A stretch of DNA of 55,407 nt. Source: an uncultured virus (IMG/VR IMGVR_UViG_2049941000_000602). Taxonomy: Duplodnaviria; Heunggongvirae; Uroviricota; Caudoviricetes. A program made the position numbers and the translations under genes. Where the stretch lies: the IMG/VR virus record IMGVR_UViG_2049941000_000602; one strand, 5' to 3'. The notes under the pieces were generated by a model. The model searched no databases, had not been told where the DNA came from, and saw nothing but the letters and a program-made list of their open reading frames with translations. Below, one piece after another: positions 1 through 11,051 of the stretch. The stretch's first letter is position 1. Each line of letters begins with the position of its first letter.

Positions 1-204
1 AGCGCCGCATGATTGGTGAGCTCCGCGAGGCACTCGCGGACTGCACCCCGGACAGGTTCACCATCAAGTTCGAGAAAATCACCCCGAAGCACGGCAAGGG
101 CAAGTTCTACAACATCCTCCCGCTTTCCGACATCCACTGGGGCGAGGTTGTGCGCTCCCACGACGTCAACGGGCTGAACGAGTACAACTTCGAAATCTCC
201 AAGC
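1..204 (+). CDS. Displaced fragment of a calcineurin-like metallophosphoesterase (first motif); probably belongs inside the 815..2125 gene
   Basis: LSDIHWGE matches the DxH motif I; the remaining motifs (GNH, HGD, GHWH) are at 1572..2125; bounded by an N gap. Confidence 0.65.
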
Positions 205-214
205 NNNNNNNNNN

Positions 215-606
215 GGTCTGGATTTCATCGCCGTCCTCGGTCCTGTATATCACGTTGAACGTCGTGTGGTTGCCGATTTCGAGGCTTTCCACGAAGATAC
301 GGGTGAGACGGCCCCCGTCCTGCATGCGGACGTAAATCTTGGAACCGTTCGTACCGCCCACGCCCGTATGGATGTTGTGGANNNNNNNNNNNNNNNNNNN
401 NNNNNNNNNNNNNNNNNNNNNNGGATAATCACGCGGCGGCCCATCTTCAGGTAGTCGCGGCCGAATAGCTTGTACTTGAGGAGGTAGTCGAATTCCTCCT
501 GCTGGGAGGCGGAGTCGGACGCCACCCTGTCGAACACGAAGGGCCTGACGTCAGCCGCGAAGGCGGACATCGCGAAGGCCAGTACGAAGGTCAGGAAGTA
601 TCTCAT
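215..606 (-). CDS. Secreted/exported hypothetical protein (gap-broken)
   Basis: MRYFLTFVLAFAMSAFAAD is a Sec-type signal peptide; AAGGAA RBS and a GATAAACT motif (646..653, minus) lie upstream. Confidence 0.6.
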
Positions 607-814
607 TGTGCGGGTTCCTTCTGTTGATTTTTATTTACATTTCGGAGTTTATCCATATTGTTGATATTCGTTTACATGAATATACATTAAATGTGCGGGA
701 AAAGCTACTTTTTTCTTAAAATTCCCCTTGACATCTTGTTGACAGTGTGTGAATAAATTTGTAATTTACTGTGCAAACACATGGCAATGCCTTGCCGAAC
801 TAACAAGGAATACA

Positions 815-2125
815 ATGAGCAGGAAAGAAACCGCAGATTCCCGTAAGCTCCTGAAGCTCTTGGGAAAACCGACCCCAGACACCCGCTACAACGCAACCAA
901 CAACCCGGCCGTAATCAAGCTTCTCGACACGTACGACATGGACACCGACAGGGTGTGCCGCTGGTACGACGTACTGGTCTCCCTCGGGTGGGTGACCGAA
1001 GACTACGACGAATTCGAGAAGAGCGTGAAGGANNNNNNNNNNGAGAAGAGCGTGAAGAAGACCGCCAAGAAACGGCTCGACTCCACCCGCACGGCCGCCA
1101 GAATCGTCAAGCAGAAGACCGCGAAGCTCCCGAAGCGCCCGGAATACGACGACGACCTGGTCAGCAAGGCAAACTCCGCCATGGACGACGGCATGCTCAT
1201 CTCCATGCAGAAGGACCTGAACGCCGCCAAGAAGACAATCAAGGAGATGCAGGCATCNNNNNNNNNNNNNNNNNNNNNNNNNNNNNNNNNNNNNNNNNNN
1301 NNNNNNNNNNNNNNNNNNNNNNNNNNNNNNNNNNNNNNNNNNNNNNNNNNNNNNNNNNNNNNNNNNNNNNNNNNNNNNNNNNNNNNNNNNNNNNNNNNNN
1401 NNNNNNNNNNNNNNNNNNNNNNNNNNNNNNNNNNNNNNNNNNNNNNNNNNNNNNNNNNNNNNNNNNNNNNNCGAGGCACCGATTACCAAGTGCATCGCCC
1501 AATATTACAAATTTATTACGGGCCTCATCGATGCCTACAAGGGGTGCTACAAGAAGGTACGCATCCACTGCGTGGTGGGCAACCACGCCCGCACCACCCA
1601 GAAGTACCAGTTCAAGGCCAAGGGTATCGAGAACTACGAATACATCCTGTACTCGTTCATCGAGAACAAGTACAATGATTCCAACGACAACGTGAACGTC
1701 ATCTTCGGCGATTCCACCGTACTGTTCACCAAGGTCGGCAACCAGACCTGGAAACTGGAACACGGCGACCGCTACAAGGGCGGCTCCGCCTTCGTCTCCC
1801 CGCTGTCGACCACCGTCCGCGACAACTTCAAGNNNNNNNNNNNNNNNNNNNNNNNNNNNNNNNNNNNNNNNNNNNNNNNNNNNNNNNNNNNNNGGCCATC
1901 GGCCAGAAGTTCGACGCGGTCATGATGGGACACTGGCACATCGGCGGCATCTGGTACCTCCCGGGGACCACCACGCCGGTCTACCTGAACCCGAGCCTCA
2001 TCGGCCCCGGCGAGTACTCCGTGCACAACCTGCACAGCGCGTTCCCGGCTTCCAGCTTCAGCTTCATCACCGATGGCAACAAGGTCGTCGACCAGCGCCT
2101 AATCGACCTGTCCGGCATCAGATGA
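815..2125 (+). CDS. Large protein with N-terminal charged/coiled-coil region and C-terminal calcineurin-like phosphoesterase domain (gap-broken)
   Basis: AAGGAA RBS then ATG at 815; VGNHART, LEHGD and MGHWH motifs in the downstream fragments. Confidence 0.65.
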
Positions 2126-2895
2126 TTACCATCTCGGAAAACAAGGTAGTCTTCTCGGAAGTGGAACGCATGCTCCATGCGCTCCACGACGGGGACAAGG
2201 CCTATGACGACACTGTGGTCGTTCTCGGCTACAACGTGGCGACCTATCTACCGAGCAAGCTCCGCCGGGAATATCCGGGGAAGAAGCTGGTGGTATACCA
2301 GCTCGAGCAGCTCTTCGACCGTTCCAAGTGGGCCAACGAGCACACCTACAAGTGGCTCAGGAACGTCGACGAAATCTGGGAGTACGACCTCTCCAACATG
2401 GAATGGCTGAAGCGGAACGGGTTCAACCCAAAGTACCGCCCCATGGAATACTGCGACGCCCTCAAGGAAATCGACACCACTGAAAAGGACATCGACATCC
2501 TGTTCTACGGGTATCCCACCAAGCGGCGCCTCATCCTGATGGACGAGCTCATGGAGAAGACCTGGACGTCGTATTCCATGATATGGGCCACCGGGGTTAC
2601 CGGGAGGAACCTTATGGACTTGCTGGGAAGGTCGAAAATCGTCCTGAACGTGCACGCATTCCTGGAGGACTGCCGCCAGGAGCAGGTCAGGATGTTCTAC
2701 CCGGTCATAAACGGGTGCTGCGTGGTCTCGGAGAAGTCCCCGCACAACGAGTTCGGCAAGTCCATAGTCGTGTGCGACACCGACAAGATTGCGCCGACGC
2801 TGAAGCACGTGCTCGACAACGGCCTGTGGAAGACCGTGGGCGAGTCCGCCCCGGAAGTATACAGGAAGCACTGCGAGGAAAGGGTGCCCAGATGA
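2122..2895 (+). CDS. Glycosyltransferase-like protein (GT-B/CgeB-like C-terminus)
   Basis: KDIDILFYG..RR, SKIVLNVH, EQVRMF and CVVSE pattern; overlaps the downstream GT2 gene. Confidence 0.6.
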   Translation: MITISENKVVFSEVERMLHALHDGDKAYDDTVVVLGYNVATYLPSKLRREYPGKKLVVYQLEQLFDRSKWANEHTYKWLRNVDEIWEYDLSNMEWLKRNGFNPKYRPMEYCDALKEIDTTEKDIDILFYGYPTKRRLILMDELMEKTWTSYSMIWATGVTGRNLMDLLGRSKIVLNVHAFLEDCRQEQVRMFYPVINGCCVVSEKSPHNEFGKSIVVCDTDKIAPTLKHVLDNGLWKTVGESAPEVYRKHCEERVPR

Positions 2896-4306
2896 ACACC
2901 GCCCTAGTGATACTGTGCAGGAACCAGGAGAAGTACGCCGGGACAATAGCCCGTGGCGTGCTTTCGCAGTCTGTAAGGCCGGACAGGGTACTCGTCGTGA
3001 TGGACCGCCCGGGCCTCATCGAGAGGACCGCGACGCGGAAGGCGTACTCCGACATCCCGGGGTGCGAGTTCCTGGTAGTCAGCTCGGCCCCGGAAACCGT
3101 GGAGAGGCCGCAGATGCGCGACGGGCTGCCCCCTTTCTGCGCAGGGCACTGCCGCAACCTGGCCCTGGACATGCTGTATGACATGGACCTGGTAGTCTTC
3201 ATTGACGGCGACTGCATACCTATGGACCGGATGCTCGAGTCGCACATGGCGGCCTACGAGGAGGGTTGTGTCACCGTCGGCAGGCGTACCGAGGTCAAGT
3301 GGGGTTCCGATGACCAGAGACAGTGCTCGGAAAGGCGTCCAATCCCTATCTTCACCAAGGAGCCGAACTATGTAACCTCCGAACGGTACATAGCTGACTC
3401 CGGGGTAGTCTGGACGTGCAACTTCGGCATTACCGCCGGGGCAGTCAAGGCCATCAGGAAGCTCAACGAGGAGCTGTACGGGGTCAGCGCCGTGTTCCAC
3501 CCGGACTNNNNNNNNNNAGAAGCTCAACGAGGAGCTGTACGGGGTCAGCGCCGTGTTCCACCCGGACTTCTGCGGCAGGTGGGGAGGGGAGGACGGGTTA
3601 CTCGGGATGGAGTGCTTCTACGGGGGAATCCCTATCAGGACTACCCCGATAATGGACATGGACGGGGTGAGCCACATAGAGCACCCGCGCCCGTCGAACA
3701 GGTACGACCACCAGGCCTTCGTGGATTTCCTTGAAATNNNNNNNNNNNNNNNNNNNNNNNNNNNNNNNNNNNNNNNNNNNNNNNNNNNNNNNNNNNNNNN
3801 NNNNNNNNNNNNNNNNNNNNNNNNNNNNNNNNNNNNNNNNNNNNNNNNNNNNNNNNNNNNNNNNNNNNNNNNNNNNNNNNNNNNNNNNNNNNNNNNNNNN
3901 NNNNNNNNNNNNNNNNNNNNNNNNNNNNNNNNNNNNNNNNNNNNNNNNNNNNNNNNNNNNNNNNNNNNNNNNNNNNNNNNNNNNNNNNNNNNNNNNNNNN
4001 NNNNNNNNNNNNNNNNNNNNNNNNNNNNNNNNNNNNNNNNNNNNNNNNNNNNNNNNNNNNNNNNNNNNNNNNNNNNNNNNNNNNNNNNNNNNNNNNNNNN
4101 NNNNNNNNNNNNNNNNNNNNNNNNNNNNNNNNNNNNNNNNNNNNNNNNNNNNNNNNNNNNNNNNNNNNNNNNNNNNNNNNNNNNNNNNNNNNNNNNNNNN
4201 NNNNNNNNNNNNNNNNNGGCGGGAACTGATATTCCTCCTGAACGCCGCCGGGAAATCCGACAGGGAGTTCGTCCCGCTCGACATGCTGGCTGGGAGGAAG
4301 CCGTGA
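2892..4306 (+). CDS. Family 2 glycosyltransferase (gap-broken; 3' end inferred from the 4218..4306 fragment)
   Basis: VILCRNQ, RNLAL, FIDGDC (DxD), TCNFG, WGGED and HIEH motifs. Confidence 0.85.
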
Positions 4307-4659
4307 AGAAGAGATACGAGGTCCCCTTCGACATCAACAAGACCGCCCGGGAGAACGTGCTCGAATGGGTAGGCAACGACGACAGGATGATGCAGTTCGT
4401 CACCCACTGCGACATGCACGAGATTAAGCTCCGGTTCACTCCGGGTACGGACTGGTGCTACATAGACGCGCTCACACCGAGGGGCAACCCCATGACCGCC
4501 GGCGGGCGACACACCATGACCATCGACCTGTGCGGCGACCGGTTCCTGCTATTCGGCAGCTCCGACATCGCCGCCGGGATAGCCCGGCTGGAGCAGATGT
4601 ACGAGGTATACCGCGAAAAGGCCCTTGATTCCGAGGTGCAATCGCTACTCAGGCTGTAA
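4303..4659 (+). CDS. Hypothetical protein
   Basis: GGAGG RBS, GTG start overlapping the upstream TGA. Confidence 0.6.
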   Translation: MKKRYEVPFDINKTARENVLEWVGNDDRMMQFVTHCDMHEIKLRFTPGTDWCYIDALTPRGNPMTAGGRHTMTIDLCGDRFLLFGSSDIAAGIARLEQMYEVYREKALDSEVQSLLRL

Positions 4660-4660
4660 A

Positions 4661-4672
4661 TTGCTATATTTG
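4661..4672 (+). promoter_or_regulatory. TTGCTATATTTG promoter-like motif, 4 nt before ATG 4677
   Basis: Recurrent intergenic motif, oriented with the downstream gene. Confidence 0.75.
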
Positions 4673-4676
4673 CAGC

Positions 4677-6059
4677 ATGAAGATTACATACAATATCAAG
4701 TTCAGATTTGAATGGCCGGAAAGCCTTCCGCGCCCGAATGTCGAATGCAGCATCATCGACAGCCCCATGGGAAACCTCCTTGCCAGGCTCCATGACGGTA
4801 GATATACCAATTTCATCTCGGGACAGGATGTCATGACCTCCGTCAAGGCACTGGTCNNNNNNNNNNGACGTACGGCCGCATTCCCTACGGCATGCCGAGC
4901 GGCATTACTGCCTGCTACCTCCCGTCAGGCAACTGCTCGACAGTCGACGCCGAAATCCGTATTACCTCGATGCCCGACCTGGGCAGGGCGCTCGTTCTTG
5001 AAATGAACGGAAAGCCGTTGCTTTTCACCGGCGAGAAGTCGACAGAGTCCAAGCTTTACTATTCCCTGTCCGAGGCAAGGGGGGAAAAGCCGCAGGACCC
5101 GCCGGAAAAGGCGGTGTCGGCCGTCGACCTCTACACGCTGTCGCACTCCGACGCACTTACCAGGCTGTTCATCAGGCTTGTCGGTACCGCCATGTTCAGC
5201 AAGTTCTATCCCGATTGCAGCAATCCGTACGACGCGGCGCAGGCGGAGGCCAGCAAGGCATCCACAAACGCCGATACCCAGACGGGAATACCCAACCACC
5301 TACTGCACGGGCACGACGAGGACCCGGTAATCCATCCCCCGGTTGCCCGCAAGGCTGCAGAACCTACGGTACCCGTGCCGGTATCGGTTACAGAAGCAAC
5401 GGATGAAGACCCGTTTGCCGACGTGCGCACAGAGGATGATATCATGGAAGCTCCAAATTATGTAGACCCGATGAAAGGCGTTAAGGTCACAGAACTGGCA
5501 CCAGCTCAGACAAAATATCCAGTCAAGCACGAGCAGGTATACCGTACGGCGGCATTGGCGCTGTCCAAGCTCGACCTCACGACGGTCATCAAGGCGCAGC
5601 GCGTCATCTTNNNNNNNNNNGAATTATGTAGACCCGATGAAAGGCGTTAAGGTCACCGAACTGGCGCCCGCTCAGGCAAAATATCCAGTCAAGCACGAGC
5701 AGGTATACCGTACGGCAGCATTGGCACTGTCCAAGCTCGACCTCACGACGGTCATCAAGGCGCAGCGCGTCATCTTCCCGGACTCCGAATACTGGAAGGA
5801 AATTACACGCGCCAAGCTCTACGAAGTTCTCATGGACGAGCTAATGAAGGAATGCGACTGGGAAGTAGGCATGATTGACCAGGGAAACGGCCCGTTCCTA
5901 GACCATAACCCTCATCCGATTGGCGATGACCATGAAAAATTCCCGTTCCTTATCCATTCGTTCGTCAGTCAGGACCCGAGTTCGCATAAGCAAACATACA
6001 AGTTTACAATATCGTATCTTCCACTGTCAACTGTTGAAGAACTGGAGATTAAGAAATGA
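4677..6059 (+). CDS. Hypothetical protein (gap-broken, with a duplicated allele segment)
   Basis: ORF pieces 4677.., 4892.. and 5637..6059 join once gaps and the 5455..5610/5624..5779 duplicate are removed. Confidence 0.55.
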
Positions 6060-7331
6060 CGGTAGATGAACTGAAGAGAACCGGCTGGATTATCATGGAC
6101 GCCGTCGTCGGCAGCCAGGCGTTTGGCCTTGCTACCNNNNNNNNNNCCGCGACGGCAACCCGTCCGCTCTCGAGCTGCTCAACTCGCCGAAGCGCTGCAT
6201 ACTGCAGGGCGAGGAGTTCTTCGAGATGATTCCGAAGGACGTGTGGATTACCCCGGCCTGCTGCAAGTCGTTCTTGGAGTACGCCAAGAGCCAGCTTTCC
6301 AGGGCATACGGCCTGAACAAGAAGATTTTCAACCCGCAGCCCNNNNNNNNNNGCTGTCAACTGTTGAAGAACTGGAGATTAAGAAATGACGGTAGATGAA
6401 TTGAAGAGAACCGGATGGATTATCATGGACGCCGTCGTCGGCAGCCAGGCGTTCGGCCTTGCTACCGAGACGTCCGACGTGGACACGCGTGGAGTGTTCG
6501 TCCTTCCCATCGAGGACCGTCTGTCCTACAATGCAATCGACCAGGTGGCCGACGAGAAGAACAACCATNNNNNNNNNNGAGGAACCTCCCAAGGTGCTCG
6601 ACTACTGCTACGTGGTTGACGGCAACCTGGCCGTCCCGTTCAAGGAATGGGTGAAGAAGCGTCCTTACGAGTGCAAGGACGAGCCGAAGTACTACGCCAT
6701 TGCAGCAATCGACCACGTTACCGACACATATGCGCTCTACTGGGAAAACGTCCCGCTCGACAGGTGCGAGATTGCCGCCGACGAGCACGAATGGCGCTGG
6801 GCCTACGGCGTCGTATCCGACGAGGACAAGGCCAACGACATCCAGCTCAGCAGCATCCCGAAGGGCATCCCTCAGGTGGGCATCCTGTTCTTCAACAAGA
6901 ACGCGTATTCCCACGACTGTGCCGAGCACACCAAGTACTGGAAATGGGTAAAGGACAGAAACGAGAGCCGGTACGAGGAAACAATCAAGCACGGCCAGGG
7001 ATACGACGCAAAGAATACCATGCACTGCATCAGGCTGCTGATGACGGCGAAGGACATCGCGGAAAGAGGAACTGTTACCGTCGACCGGACGGCAGACCGC
7101 GAGTATCTCCTGTCAATCAAGCAGGGAAAGTTCACCTATGACGAGATGATGGAACAGAGCGACAAGCTCGTCGCCGAAGTAACCGAGGCATTCAAGAACT
7201 CTACCTTCCTCAAGCCCGTCATTTCCCATGAAGAACTTGACCAGCTATTCACCAGCCTCCTGTTGTCCTTGCATGACAAGTTCAACCGTTTAATCAAGTC
7301 GAACATGGAGTTCGACGAAGAGGAAAGCTAG
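6056..7331 (+). CDS. RlaP/YcgL-like DNA polymerase-beta-superfamily nucleotidyltransferase (gap-broken and out of order)
   Basis: GSQAFGLATETSDVDTRGVF (GS..DxD), GNPSALELL (6137..6342 fragment), GYDAKNTMHCIRLL and REYLLSIKQG. Confidence 0.85.
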
Positions 7332-7370
7332 GTACGCCCAACGTGTTGCTATTACCGCTGATTTATGAAT

Positions 7371-7382
7371 TTGCTATATTTG
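7371..7382 (+). promoter_or_regulatory. TTGCTATATTTG promoter-like motif followed by a structured ~80-nt leader
   Basis: Exact motif copy in an intergenic region. Confidence 0.75.
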
Positions 7383-7465
7383 AACTAGGCTAAATCCCGT
7401 TCATTTCGTAGCGTAAAATCTCCGAGCAGCAACTTGGGTGGACAAAGCCAAGAGGAAATTGAATA

Positions 7466-8175
7466 ATGGGCAAACCATTTACAGACAGGGTGAAGCCGTT
7501 CGATGAACGGACGAAGTTTGAACTAGANNNNNNNNNNCCCGCGATGCGAAACTCTGGTTCGTCTCCGACACGCACTTCGGTCACAGGAAACTTACTACCG
7601 GCGCGCCGGACCATTTCGAGCGTACCCGTCCATACCGGACGACCGAGGAGATGGATTCCGCACAGCTTGCCGAATGGATGCGGGTAATCGAGCCGGGGGA
7701 CATCGTGCTGTTCCTCGGTGACTTCCAGTTCGGCCAGTTCAGCGGGAACGGCGAGGAAGCCGCCTGGAAGCTCTGGCAGGAACTCCCGGGGCACAAGTTC
7801 TTCGTCCGCGGGAACCACGACCAGAAAATCAAGGGCGACCTGCTTGACGTGCGCGACTACGCTATCGTGAAGTACAAGGACCTGACCTACCTGTGCCAGC
7901 ACTTCCCGTTCACGTCCGACTTCGACTACGACAAGCCGGACCAGACGAACCTGCTGGCTCTCCGCAATATACTTGACCCGAAGACTACCGTGCTTGCCCA
8001 CGGGCATACGCATTCCAGCGACATGTTCTCCAGGGTCAGGATGAAGGATTTCACCATCCAGAACAACGTGTCCTGGGACGTGCTCATGGGGCCGGTTCCG
8101 GCCGAGCGCCTCTATACGGCGGACCACATCTACCACGGAAAGTGCCTCGACCACCCGGTCGTTGAAAGGGGCTGA
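7466..8175 (+). CDS. Calcineurin-like metallophosphoesterase
   Basis: SDTHFGH, LGDF, RGNHD, HFP and HGHTH motifs; one 10-N gap near the N-terminus. Confidence 0.9.
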
Positions 8176-8176
8176 C

Positions 8177-8778
8177 ATGCAACAGCTGATATGCGTGAAC
8201 AAGCGCGACTTCGAGCGGATTTGCCGTGACGAAGGCTGGTCGGACAGCAGTCCTCCCATGAATGCGGCGCTCATATCGATTTGCTGCAACGAGGAGGTCG
8301 CCAAGTTCGTCCTTTCCGACGGCGACGCGCATTTCTTCTCGGAAGGCCATGCCAACGTGCTCAATGTCGAGTTCGACGACATTACCGTGGACGTAAAGGT
8401 GTTTGACGGCGAAGAATACGGGTTTCCCGGAAAGCTAACCGCCAGGGGGATAACCCCGGAGACGGCCGNNNNNNNNNNTGTAGAGGTGCTGCAGCGCGGG
8501 AAGGACGTCGGACGTACCGGGGAACGCCTGGTACGCGACTACCACATCCATTCCCTGAAGCANNNNNNNNNNTAGTCCGGTTCATCGAGGACCACAAGGA
8601 CATGGATTTCCTTATCCACTGCCGGGCCGGCAAGTCGAGGTCGCAGGGAGTCGTCCGGTATGTACTGGACTTCTACAAGGGGCCGTTCCAGACGAACCCG
8701 GGAAATCCGTGCCGGTTCTACAACACGCATACCTATACGGCGCTCAGGAAAGCGCGGGAGCGACTTGGATTATGCTAG
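8177..8778 (+). CDS. Dual-specificity/tyrosine phosphatase-like protein (CX5R), interrupted by a misplaced allele fragment
   Basis: N-terminal part has ISI..FDDI; the part after 8573 reads IHCRAGKSRS. Confidence 0.8.
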
Positions 8779-8924
8779 CTGGCCTGACGACGGTTTTTGC
8801 GGCGTTCGGCGCGATAATTCTCCTGATGGCGGCGCTGGTCGCGTACGGCTGGCAACAAATCTGCGAGCTGGTTATCTATATTATAGGTATTATCGGCGAC
8901 ACAGTAATTTTACCATTTTTGTAG
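8772..8924 (+). CDS. Small membrane protein
   Basis: 50 aa, almost entirely hydrophobic; start overlaps the upstream gene end. Confidence 0.55.
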   Translation: MLAGLTTVFAAFGAIILLMAALVAYGWQQICELVIYIIGIIGDTVILPFL

Positions 8925-8930
8925 GTATCT

Positions 8931-9368
8931 ATGTTGAAAAGCGTATTTAACGGTATATATCTTTTGCTGTTCCTGCAGTTCCTGCGCGGACTGTATGCCA
9001 AGATTGTTCCCATGCGGGCAGACAAGATGCCGAAATACCTGATTCTCGCCATGTTCGACGACAAGGCAATCCTGTTCGGGTATTCCGACAGCCTGCGGAC
9101 ATGCCAGGAGTACTCCAGGAAATCCCGGTGGGGAATCACGATTTCCGAATTCACCGGTTCCGGGTACAGGGACATCGACGGGCATGCGCCCGGGAAGGGC
9201 GTGGAAGACGCCCGCAACAGGGCCAACACCTGCAACCTGGAAAGCATACAGGAGAACATGGACTACATTGACGCGGAGCGTGACCTCGAGCTCATCAGGC
9301 AGTTCGGGTTCGACCCGGGAAAGTCGGCTCAGCTCGTCGCCCAGTTCAGACACGGCAATTACGTATAG
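8931..9368 (+). CDS. Hypothetical protein with N-terminal anchor helix
   Basis: MLKSVFNGIYLLLFLQFLRGLYAK leader. Confidence 0.65.
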   Translation: MLKSVFNGIYLLLFLQFLRGLYAKIVPMRADKMPKYLILAMFDDKAILFGYSDSLRTCQEYSRKSRWGITISEFTGSGYRDIDGHAPGKGVEDARNRANTCNLESIQENMDYIDAERDLELIRQFGFDPGKSAQLVAQFRHGNYV

Positions 9369-9381
9369 AGGGGACTCAAGA

Positions 9382-10173
9382 ATGAAAGTCGACAACTTTG
9401 ACAAGGTCCGTTCGCTCATGCACTTCGAGCTGGACGGCGACATGTACTTCGTAGAGGTGCTGCAGCGCGGGAAGGACGTCGGGCGTACCGGGGAACGCCT
9501 GGTACGCGACTACCACATCCATTCCCTGAAGCACTTCGACGAGCTCCGTCCGGAAATCACGGCGCTGTGCGACTCGTACAAGGCCAGGGCCTACATCAGG
9601 CTCAACCAGAGGAACGTCGAGGATGCGAACATCTATGCCCAGATAGAGATGCTCAAGGAGCAGCTCACCAGGAACCAGACTGTCCGTAAGGCCATCAAGA
9701 CCGGGAATACCAATACCATCCTGAAGGCGAAGATGAACAAGATTCGCTCGGCCACCAAGATTTACGGCAGTGTTCTCGGTTCATATTCTTCCGAACCCCG
9801 CGAGACGGTCAAGTGGATTATCGACATCGACCCCGAAAGGGTAAACCCGGAAATCCCGGGTATGGACACGATAGAGCATGTGGCAGACACATGGTCCGCG
9901 TTCATCAAGGAGAAGTGCCACCCGTACGATGTCGAGAAGGAACTGTGCCGCATCCCGTCCAAGTCCGGGCTGCACCTGATTACCCGCTCGTTCAACATAA
10001 AGGAGTTCTCCGACGTATTCGGCACGGATACCAACGGGGATTCCTTCGTGAAAGCTGACGGCATCACCAACCTGTACATCCCGGATTTCGACGATGCGGA
10101 ACATGAGGCCGAACCCGCCGTGGCCAAGCGCGGACTCCTTGGAAGAATCCTGCGCCTGCTCAACCGAAAATAA
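9382..10173 (+). CDS. Putative archaeo-eukaryotic primase (AEP)-fold protein
   Basis: WIIDID and SKSGLHLI resemble AEP motifs I and II. Confidence 0.45.
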   Translation: MKVDNFDKVRSLMHFELDGDMYFVEVLQRGKDVGRTGERLVRDYHIHSLKHFDELRPEITALCDSYKARAYIRLNQRNVEDANIYAQIEMLKEQLTRNQTVRKAIKTGNTNTILKAKMNKIRSATKIYGSVLGSYSSEPRETVKWIIDIDPERVNPEIPGMDTIEHVADTWSAFIKEKCHPYDVEKELCRIPSKSGLHLITRSFNIKEFSDVFGTDTNGDSFVKADGITNLYIPDFDDAEHEAEPAVAKRGLLGRILRLLNRK

Positions 10174-10199
10174 TGGCGGCATTGCCTGAAATGCACTAG

Positions 10200-10231
10200 T
10201 TTCATGGCAGACAAAGGAGTCTGCCATGAAA
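10200..10231 (+). promoter_or_regulatory. 13-bp perfect hairpin enclosing the SD and start codon of 10226..10675
   Basis: TTTCATGGCAGAC-AAAGGA-GTCTGCCATGAAA. Confidence 0.75.
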
Positions 10232-10675
10232 GCAAAAATTCTGAAATCCAAGACAAAGTCCAAGAAACCGGTCACTCCAAAATCCGTGGAACCGGCCAGT
10301 GCCGGCATCCTCAAGGACGAGTTCGTGCTTACGAAGGTTGTCGGCATCGACGGCGATACCGCCAAGAAGGCCGTAACGAAAATGGCTCGCAGCAAGACTA
10401 CGGAGCCGGACGCCCTCCCAATCGAGAACTACACGCAGAAGACCTGGTACGAGTTCAAGAACACGGGTCTACTCCTGTTCGTCAATACGTTCCTGCACAT
10501 CTTCGGGTGGGCAATCTGCGTTGTCACTGACGCGGCTGACCAGGTCATCGCAGTGTATCCGGCACGTACGCGCTACCGCGGGTTCAGCGGGGAAAGCCTG
10601 AGCAACGCCTATGTCAAGCTCAGCGAGTACATCCACAAGAACCACAAGGCACTTCTTGACGAGGCGAGGGACTGA
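10226..10675 (+). CDS. Hypothetical protein with Lys-rich N-terminus
   Basis: AAGGAG RBS; intact ORF. Confidence 0.75.
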   Translation: MKAKILKSKTKSKKPVTPKSVEPASAGILKDEFVLTKVVGIDGDTAKKAVTKMARSKTTEPDALPIENYTQKTWYEFKNTGLLLFVNTFLHIFGWAICVVTDAADQVIAVYPARTRYRGFSGESLSNAYVKLSEYIHKNHKALLDEARD

Positions 10676-11001
10676 TGGTAGTCGAGGACATGGCACTTAC
10701 CGAGCAGACGAAGCTCATATCCGCCTCGCTCGAGGCGAACCAGGCGAAATTCTCCGAAATCACCGCGAATGCGTTCATGTCCTACCAGGCCGAGGCCAAC
10801 AAGTACGTGCTCGACAACCGCGGGAAGGTTCCCGACGAGGAGATTTCCAGGACCGTCCAGGAAATGCTGGTCACGAAGATTAGCGAGGCGAACATCGCGT
10901 CGTTCCATCTGGGATATTCGGCCGGTATGAACGTGGCGTTCGACATAGTCGAGGCCAAGGCGATGGAATTGAGCGGCGGGACCTGCTCCAAGGTAAACTG
11001 A
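10675..11001 (+). CDS. Hypothetical protein
   Basis: TGATG overlap with the upstream gene; followed by a hairpin. Confidence 0.7.
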   Translation: MVVEDMALTEQTKLISASLEANQAKFSEITANAFMSYQAEANKYVLDNRGKVPDEEISRTVQEMLVTKISEANIASFHLGYSAGMNVAFDIVEAKAMELSGGTCSKVN

Positions 11002-11008
11002 CGCAATG

Positions 11009-11034
11009 AATCCCCGGGAATCCCGGGGATTTCT
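11009..11034 (+). terminator. Intrinsic terminator-like hairpin
   Basis: AATCCCCGGG-AAT-CCCGGGGATT just after a stop codon; near-identical to 39794..39818. Confidence 0.65.
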
Positions 11035-11036
11035 CG

Positions 11037-11044
11037 TATAAACT
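11037..11044 (+). promoter_or_regulatory. TATAAACT late-type promoter-like motif, 7 nt before ATG
   Basis: Same motif and spacing at 31049 and 35165. Confidence 0.65.
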
Positions 11045-11051
11045 CCCTGTT

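Noticed and set aside
7388..7449. Partial likeness of GGCTAAATCC..GGACAAAGCC to a c-di-GMP-I riboswitch or a tRNA
   Set aside because: No GNRA tetraloop or second conserved stem, and no T-loop or acceptor stem
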